This document shows, piece by piece, positions 57,289-64,000 of a DNA stretch of 64,000 bases. The notes under the pieces are model-generated. The model ran no database searches and had not been told where the DNA came from. It saw only the letters and a program-made list of their open reading frames with translations. Both the position numbers and the translations under genes were made by a program. Position 1 is the first letter of the stretch. Every line of letters begins with the position of its first letter. Source of the stretch: Dudresnaya verticillata. Its lineage: Eukaryota. Location of the stretch: contig OZ374566.1 in the NCBI GenBank assembly GCA_977862235.1, positions 496,001-560,000 on the forward strand. The letters are read 5' to 3'.

Positions 57289-58212
57289 ATGCTGTTATCA
57301 TTCCAGGCTTCGTTCCCAATACGAGTTGCCCAAGCTTTTTCAAGAGGCAAACCATCTCTTGGAGGTGACCGGGAGCCTGTGAGTCGCCCTTTACTTGTCG
57401 CTGCAATGAGAGTTGACGCCCATGTACATGTATGGGATCCGAAATTTTCGCCGCATCCTGACCATCCACTACCAGTATCGCTACCGGGGACGGCGACGGA
57501 CCTGATAGAGCGAATGGACGCTGCGGGGGTGGACAAGACTGTTATCGTACAGCCCATCAATTACAAGTTTGACCACTCGTGTCTTGAAGACGCGGTTAGA
57601 TCTCATCCCACACGCTTCGCAGCCGTTGCACTAGCGGACAGCACTCTCCCAGCAGCGGAAGCCTGTACCGAAATGGAACGCCTTGCAAAGGAATGCGGCT
57701 TCCGCGGCGTGCGCTTAAATCCGACCTTTACGAAGACAGGATTTGCGGATGATACGGTAGCTGCCCTAGTGCGAAAAGCAGGTGAGCTGGACATTCCTGT
57801 GGCACTATTCGCACGTCCACAACATCTCGACGATGTTGCGGTGCTGTTGGAAAGGTTTCCGGGGACAGAAATTTTGTTGGACCACTTCGCATTTTGCACA
57901 CCTGGTGAGGAGGATCAGGCTCGTAGGAAGGTTATTGAGATGGGTCGACGATTCAAACAGTTGTATGTGAAGACATCCGCTTGGTTCCGCGTATCCCAGG
58001 AGCCGTGGCCGCATCGCGACTTACATGCGTACTTGGCCGACTTGATCGATGCCTTTGGTCCGAAACGCATGCTTGTAGGCTCGGATTACCCATATGTCAA
58101 GGAGCAGTATGACTACTCCAAAGCGTTTTTGCTGCTTGACGAAGCCCCGGTATCGACGGAGGCTCGCGATTGGATCGGGGGTAGAACGGCGACACAGCTG
58201 TATAAACTCTAG
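57289..58212 (+). CDS. Amidohydrolase_2 family metallohydrolase, probable plastid transit peptide
   Basis: VDAHVHVW, FRGVRLN, LLDHFA, FGPKRMLVGSDYP. The MLLSFQASF N-terminal extension is transit-peptide-like. Confidence 0.88.
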   Translation: MLLSFQASFPIRVAQAFSRGKPSLGGDREPVSRPLLVAAMRVDAHVHVWDPKFSPHPDHPLPVSLPGTATDLIERMDAAGVDKTVIVQPINYKFDHSCLEDAVRSHPTRFAAVALADSTLPAAEACTEMERLAKECGFRGVRLNPTFTKTGFADDTVAALVRKAGELDIPVALFARPQHLDDVAVLLERFPGTEILLDHFAFCTPGEEDQARRKVIEMGRRFKQLYVKTSAWFRVSQEPWPHRDLHAYLADLIDAFGPKRMLVGSDYPYVKEQYDYSKAFLLLDEAPVSTEARDWIGGRTATQLYKL

Positions 58213-58234
58213 TCATCCAAAGTAGTCCTACTGC

Positions 58235-58945
58235 TCAGTTTTCTACCTTGTCCCTTTGCTCGTCGTCTGGGTCGTCTGGGACTTGGTCTGGTATCCATAG
58301 CCCCTCCAAGTCATACTGCTCGCGAGCTCCATCGGTCATGACATGCACAACAACTGGTCCGACATCTACGGCCATCCACTGGGGGTCATCCCGACCACAA
58401 ATACCGACCACATCACCACCAATGCGAATACCAGCGCGGCGCATATCGTCTTTGATCCCGTCCGCGATTGCCAGCACATGTCGCTGCGTCCGACCACAGC
58501 AGAGCACAAGCCAGTCGGCGAATGGTGCTTTCGCCCGTACATCTAGCTTCATTACACCATGGGCTCCATGCTCGTCTTCCAGTCTGGTAGCGATGATGTC
58601 GACGTCGGGAATCTTCCCAGTTACTTCCGGAATGTGTTTTTTTGGCACCTCTGGCAGAATGGCCCCCTGCGATATAAGCAAAGTGTCGCGCTGTGACGCA
58701 TATTTCTGCAGATATTGCCTTGCTCGTTCTTCGTTTTGCTCCGCTATTGACTTGGAGCGATGAGGAGGCACATCGTTTGGCGAGGACGCACAAAATGTGC
58801 GTGACGAGCGAACGGCTATCTGCGCAACGGCAAGCGGCCTCGTCGGTCTAGAGGCCAATCGGGCGAGGTTCCATCTAAAGTTTGCACAGAGGTATGCCAT
58901 GCTCACATGAGAAAGTGGGACGTTCCTACGGCCTGCAAGTAGCAT
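58235..58945 (-). CDS. Ribosomal silencing factor RsfS/Iojap (MALSU1-like), organelle-targeted
   Basis: LDVRAKAPFADWLVLCCGRTQRHVLAIAD and WMAVDVGPVVVHVMTDGAREQYDLEGLW. R/S-rich mitochondrial-type presequence. Confidence 0.9.
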   Translation of the reverse strand: MLLAGRRNVPLSHVSMAYLCANFRWNLARLASRPTRPLAVAQIAVRSSRTFCASSPNDVPPHRSKSIAEQNEERARQYLQKYASQRDTLLISQGAILPEVPKKHIPEVTGKIPDVDIIATRLEDEHGAHGVMKLDVRAKAPFADWLVLCCGRTQRHVLAIADGIKDDMRRAGIRIGGDVVGICGRDDPQWMAVDVGPVVVHVMTDGAREQYDLEGLWIPDQVPDDPDDEQRDKVEN

Positions 58946-59818
58946 AGAGTCACAGCCAACGTGATGACACGACGATTAAACAAGTAGATCTCGGTGATGT
59001 CTTGGGCTTCTCTCCACGGGCGTTTCATCAGGGAAGAGAGGGATTGGAAAACACCTTGATTTGGGTTTTTATTCCTTCTTTTTCCTGCGAATGACAAAAC
59101 GAACCTTTGCCCAATCCAGATTTACAGACTGCACCACCTTATCGCCCTTGCTCTCCAGGGATCACCACTCCCACTAGCGACGCAGTTCACTACTCCATAC
59201 TTGGGAAGAACAATGTATTTGTCGCTCATTGTCACCGTGGCGAGTATGCACTAACACCAATTCTATTTCTATCAGCTCGCCTTCGGCATGAACTACAACT
59301 CGAGATGAAATTGGAAACAAGCAGCTTGCGGTGAATTCCCTTGGAAGATGAATGTCAATGGAACGGCACTCGGCGCCTAACCAGCGACGCTACAAGGCGT
59401 CTGGCTAGAAGGCAGTTCAAAAATTATGGTCGGCCAACCGAGTGACAAACCGTAAGGCGCTGAGAACGGCCAGAAGAACGGCATGGATTGGGCCTTCCGC
59501 AACTTATAAGGCAAAAGGCCCCAGTCGTCAAACTCAGTTGCGTGCAAGTATTACCCAAAGCATTCTCTTCGAGCCCACTTTGTTACAGACCAGTCGTGCA
59601 TTCCGATTTGTAGGGCGTCAAAAATGTCCACGTTTACCGAGAGCAGCAGCTCTTCTCTGCCATTCAACAACCTAGCAGAATCAACGACGCAGCATGTGAA
59701 AGTGAACTCTGGTCGCGGAACGCAGGCTCAATCGCACTTCCGATTGAATGAACTCGCAACCGAAATCCGCCTTGAAAATCCCTCCGTGAGCAAAGCAAGT
59801 TCTGTAATGCACTACTTG

Positions 59819-61099
59819 CTACTCCTTGACCAAGCTCATAACCTCTTCCTTAAATATATCGACAGCACGCATCTCAATCTTCCGAGCACCTTCCCTGGCC
59901 CCCGGTGGAATCCACCAAGCAGCACCCAAGTCACCAAGGACAACCGGGTGAACACCGCCGTCTCCCGGATTGCCCACGAGTACGTTGTGCCCGTACACAT
60001 CGCCATGTGCCACGCCCTGCTCCAACAGCCCATTCACAGCGCCTTCAACAACTGCAACAATTCGCTTGGCATCTGCGCGAGACAGCTCCAAGCCTTCATC
60101 ATAAACGCTTCGCGTGCAGCTATCAAAACTGGGTGGGCCGGCGATGCATTTCGCCTGCCCGGGAACCAGCTCCGTGACGAGCACGACCGACCGCAGAGCA
60201 CCATCCCCGTCCGTCTCCACGCTGTACGCCTCGGCATGCACGACACCAGGCACGGCGCGCACTGCCAGTGTGACAGCGACCTCGTCCAGGGCAGCGCCGT
60301 CGCTGCCCTTTAGAGCCGTGAAGCGCTTCACGGCGACGGCTCGGCCGGAATTGCGATGCACGCCTGGAAAGGCTGTTCCAGAGGCACCTGCGCCGAACGG
60401 ATTGTTCCAGTCAACTTCGTATGCTTCCGCGAGCACGTCGACACGAGTGTCCAATGATAGGTCCGCGGCTGAGCTTAGCGACGCGCGCGTGCACGGATTG
60501 CCCGCTAGGGAGAGCCACTTGAGCCGAGGTAGCTTCAGGACCTCACGAGGGAAGGTGGTGAAGTTGTTGTTCGACAGGCGCAGAAGCTCCAAATGGGTCA
60601 TCTCGGACGCGAAGGACGGTGGAAGCGAGGTGAGGGAGTTGTTTGAGAGCATTAGCTTGCGGACACGAGAACAGCGAGAGGGGAAGTCCATGGAGAGGCT
60701 TGTAAGGGAATTGGAAGTGAGGATGAGCCAGGTGAGGTTTGGGGGTAGATGGTGGGCCGGGAGCGGGCCTTTCAGGTTGTTCTGCTTGAAGCTGAGCATT
60801 GTGAGCGACTCATGTGAGCTGAGGGTTGGTGGGACGGCTGTGAATTCATTCGATAGAAGGAAGAGGATGCGAAGGTTTGGGAGGGTTTTTAGGAGGGGGA
60901 GGGTTTTGAGCGCATTCTTGGCCAGGTTGAGTAGGGTAACACGCGAGGCGGCATGGGATTCGCTCTCAAGAGTGGATGGCAGTTGCTCCAGGCGGCAGTT
61001 GGAAAGGTCGAGCTTGACTATTGCCGGTGCTGGTGGGTCCGACTTAATGGCGGCAAAGGACGCAGCGATGCGGGCTTCAGCATCCACAGAGGTGTCCAT
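59819..61099 (-). CDS. Leucine-rich repeat protein kinase of the bacterial-type LRR-kinase family
   Basis: LRRs (LRILFLLSNEF, LTWLILTSNSL, VRKLMLSNNSL, LKWLSLAGNP). Kinase motifs FGAGASG, VAVKRF, AGPPSFDSCTR, HGDVYGHNVL, LGDLGAA. Confidence 0.88.
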   Translation of the reverse strand: MDTSVDAEARIAASFAAIKSDPPAPAIVKLDLSNCRLEQLPSTLESESHAASRVTLLNLAKNALKTLPLLKTLPNLRILFLLSNEFTAVPPTLSSHESLTMLSFKQNNLKGPLPAHHLPPNLTWLILTSNSLTSLSMDFPSRCSRVRKLMLSNNSLTSLPPSFASEMTHLELLRLSNNNFTTFPREVLKLPRLKWLSLAGNPCTRASLSSAADLSLDTRVDVLAEAYEVDWNNPFGAGASGTAFPGVHRNSGRAVAVKRFTALKGSDGAALDEVAVTLAVRAVPGVVHAEAYSVETDGDGALRSVVLVTELVPGQAKCIAGPPSFDSCTRSVYDEGLELSRADAKRIVAVVEGAVNGLLEQGVAHGDVYGHNVLVGNPGDGGVHPVVLGDLGAAWWIPPGAREGARKIEMRAVDIFKEEVMSLVKE

Positions 61100-61541
61100 C
61101 GCGTCGTTGAGCTGCTGCGGCACGGAGGTGAAGCGACTGTGGCCGGTCACTCTGGGGGAAAGCGCACGTCAAGAAGGGAGAGGAGAGGAGCAGGGCGATG
61201 CATTGCTGGGCGGCACTGTAGAGCCCGTGAACAGTTTCCTGACACCGCCGCTGAGAGAAAAGTGCCGCATGTAAGGCTCCTTGCGAATTCGCGCTTACAG
61301 GATGACTCCTTTCAACATCGGAAGCATCATATCTGTGCTTCGAGACTGGCGCCAGGACACTGCGGAGCCGCACAGCACTTTCTTTGCGCAATCGCAAGGC
61401 AAACGACAGCCGCACGGCCCCAGAGGCGCGTCTGTGCGTGCCCACCAGCAAGCTTCGTTTTGGGCTCCACTCTCCACACCATCAGAACATCTTCGCCAGC
61501 TCGGTCAGCTTCCCCAGCCTCAGCGCAGCCCACACACCGCT

Positions 61542-62606
61542 ATGCTGACGTTCATCCCTCCGACGGTGCCGCTGCGACCGGCACGGCACAGCGCGCGGAC
61601 GACGCGGCGCGCGCGGCCGCCGAGGCCAACAACGAAGCGGCTGCGCATGTCGGGCGCGGACCGCGCAACCGAGTTCTCGCTCAACGACCCCGAGGAGCCG
61701 TCCAGCCGCGTCCCGCCACTTTCGGACCCGCCGCTGGACTGGCATGACTGGTATCTCACAGGTCGCACTATGACCATCCCGGCCATTCCATTCCCCCCGC
61801 TGGAGGTCTTCCTCCCCGGCGAGAAGAAGACCCTGCATCTGTTTGAAGCGCGATACCTGGCCCTCTTTGAGCATGTCGTCGTGCACTGCGACAAGCGCTG
61901 TGCCCACGTGCTGATTGATGCTAAGCGCCAGGCTATGGCCGCACATGGTGCTATTCTGCATATCCGGTCATGGCGCCGCCTTGACCTCGGCGTTAGTGTT
62001 GAGTTTGAGGCAGTGGGGCGCTTGAAAACTTCCAAGATGCGCAATGCTGCCCCATTTCTTAGAGGCGACTTTGAACCTGTGGACGACCTCGAGATGACTA
62101 GCGAAGGGCGGTTGCAAAACATCCAGAAGCTAGAAAAACGGTTCTGGCCAGCATTTCGCGAGGTCGTATCGCTAAGCATCAAGCTTGGGAAGGACCCCGT
62201 GCGGGAAAAAGTGGATACGGCTGCAGCTACGATAGCAGCCTTGGATGGCCAGGACCCCCAGGAAGGGACAAAGCAGCAGTCCCTGGCAGGGACGAATAGC
62301 TTGTTTGTTCTGTCACCTGAGGCGAAGCAGCAGCTCTTCGAGCAAAATTTAAAGCAGGCCGCGCGCAGGGCGGTAAACTTCGAGAAGCTCGACTTTGGGA
62401 CCGATGTGAGTGATGAGATGGTCATCCGTCGAGCAGTTGCGTTGTCATTCGCAGGATGGGACTTCTTTCCGTCGCACCACAGTCTGCGCCAACGTGCTAT
62501 TGAGGAACGGGACACAATCGTGAGACTATCCAATGTCGTCAATGGCCTCGAACAGCAAACGAAGAAACTCGCAGCAAAGCTTGCAGTCGAAAATGCCTTC
62601 TTGTAG
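61542..62606 (+). CDS. Lon protease substrate-binding (LON_N) domain protein, plastid transit peptide-like N-terminus
   Basis: IPFPPLEVFLPGEKKTLHLFEARYLALFE and VEFEAVGRL. MLTFIPP red-algal-type transit start. No AAA+ or protease domain. Confidence 0.85.
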   Translation: MLTFIPPTVPLRPARHSARTTRRARPPRPTTKRLRMSGADRATEFSLNDPEEPSSRVPPLSDPPLDWHDWYLTGRTMTIPAIPFPPLEVFLPGEKKTLHLFEARYLALFEHVVVHCDKRCAHVLIDAKRQAMAAHGAILHIRSWRRLDLGVSVEFEAVGRLKTSKMRNAAPFLRGDFEPVDDLEMTSEGRLQNIQKLEKRFWPAFREVVSLSIKLGKDPVREKVDTAAATIAALDGQDPQEGTKQQSLAGTNSLFVLSPEAKQQLFEQNLKQAARRAVNFEKLDFGTDVSDEMVIRRAVALSFAGWDFFPSHHSLRQRAIEERDTIVRLSNVVNGLEQQTKKLAAKLAVENAFL

Positions 62607-64000
62607 TAAACCGTAATTCTAGTCTATGCTCTCGTCTCACGCACACTTGCTAAAGTTGCCAGCTAAGGTGAGTTGGAACAGTTGAACAGTGTACGCAAAA
62701 GCCAGTCACTAGCCCTTGTAGTATAGTGTCACCTCTGCCAAATGCATCTGACGTCCTCGGAAGGGCAAACAAGTCCGCATAGGTTATCCCATATGTCTAA
62801 TGCTCTCCAATTTTCGCCAAAATCATGGTCTGTACAAAGATTCTCTATGCTGACATAAGAGCACCTCAGAGCAAATCTTTGTTTATTTCTCTGATGAGTT
62901 GAACAGAAAGAAGCGCCGCCGAAAAGGCCAAGTAGAAGGCAAAGCTGCTGCTCAGCTTCGTAGTAACTCGCGTGCTAGGACTGGATAAAGCTGCTAACAC
63001 AATGTAGCCTGGGACAGCTGCTGCAGAACAGCAGGAAAGAGTCGGCAACTCACGCGCAACAAAACTCAGAACAAGCAGAGAGGTCCGGGGCCACATTTTA
63101 ACTGGATCAAACTCTGAACTGCAAAGCACCCTCAGTATTCCATCCCACCTGAGCGTCTGCCCAATCCCTTCCGTCGCAATATTGTAGCTGAACTAGTATT
63201 GTAGCAGCCTGCCCGATGTGGAACACAGCAGTTCCCGTATTCCCGACCGGCAAACTAAAAGAAACTCACTTCAGTGCCCGACAGCCAGCTGGAAGCCTCT
63301 GTAGCATCTTCGGCGCACCCATTCGGACGCATCTGCACATCTCATGCCCACGGCCTTCAGTCGGCAATCAAGGGGAAGCCGCCAATACTCTTTGCCAAAT
63401 CAGAAGTTGTAGCACTTTTCCCGCATCAAGTGTGAAGCGCGCTCTTGCTCCAGCGTTGCGAAAAATATCTTCTCTGTGTGGTGAGGAGACGAATGTTGAA
63501 GGTCAGACATTCTGCCACCCCGTTACCGCCACACACTCTGTGTGCCGGTGCCGTTTTATAGAATTGAGATTTTATGCATTTTTGCATCGCCACTGCGGGC
63601 TATTGGTTTCTTGAGCCGCAAGTGAACACTCCGTTCCAGAGTAAGGTGGCACGAGAGACTCAGGAACACGAACAACACCGTATAGGGTTGCCAGAGTACA
63701 ACCCTATTGGCTCTTGCTGAACATGAGGTCGCCTCTTGCGGTTGAGAGGGAAAGGAAAGGGTGTGTACGGACGCCCGCCATGCGGGCATGGGCCAATGGC
63801 CCACCGGCCCGGATAGGATCTCTCCTGGTGAGAAACCAACTGAACGCGGCAGTGACTGGTGAGACCACACACGCAATGCAATTGCGAGACGGTGGCCATC
63901 CGTGTGTTCCACCGCGGCATGCAAACCATGGGGTATGAGCCTCTATTGTGCCTTGTGAGTGATCCCGACCGGTGCTAGATTTCACGTGTTTTGTCCCGCT

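Noticed and set aside
60114..61274. 386 aa plus-strand ORF (and similar antisense ORFs such as 61520-62542, 26799-27494, 37702-38382)
   Set aside because: Antisense shadows of well-supported genes.

Overview
This is a eukaryotic nuclear window with compact, mostly single-exon genes. The few introns are short GT-AG (GTAAGC/GTACGT/GTACGG donors). Gene style, plastid-type transit peptides and a PPK1-Nudix fusion suggest a red alga, probably a multicellular florideophyte (inference). About 25 protein genes are supported by motifs read by eye, with no database search. They are: a tandem-macrodomain protein, an OST4 microprotein, a DEP-DUF547 protein, an SLX4-like UBZ-UBZ-SAM-SBD protein, polyphosphate kinase 1 fused to a Nudix domain, a CCDC137-like protein, VAMP7, eIF2B-beta, TAP42, syntaxin-5, a C2H2 zinc-finger protein, a SAC3/THP3-like protein, WDR48, UTP4, a U2AF65-like protein, a spliced ADA3, cytochrome b561, a PPIL3-like cyclophilin, a RING-H2 ligase, an amidohydrolase, RsfS/Iojap, a bacterial-type LRR kinase, a Lon-N-domain protein and two orphans. 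Gene-poor stretches (about 16-21 kb, 32-34.5 kb and 48-50 kb) carry little recognisable coding sequence; the first contains a MITE-like element and a possible LTR relic. The most notable observations are PPK1 fused to a DIPP-like Nudix domain with a degenerate catalytic box, an SLX4-like scaffold with a plant-SNM1-like N-terminus, a U2AF65 lacking RRM2, and ADA3 with an extra C-terminal winged-helix-like domain. No tRNA, rRNA or CRISPR array was recognised.
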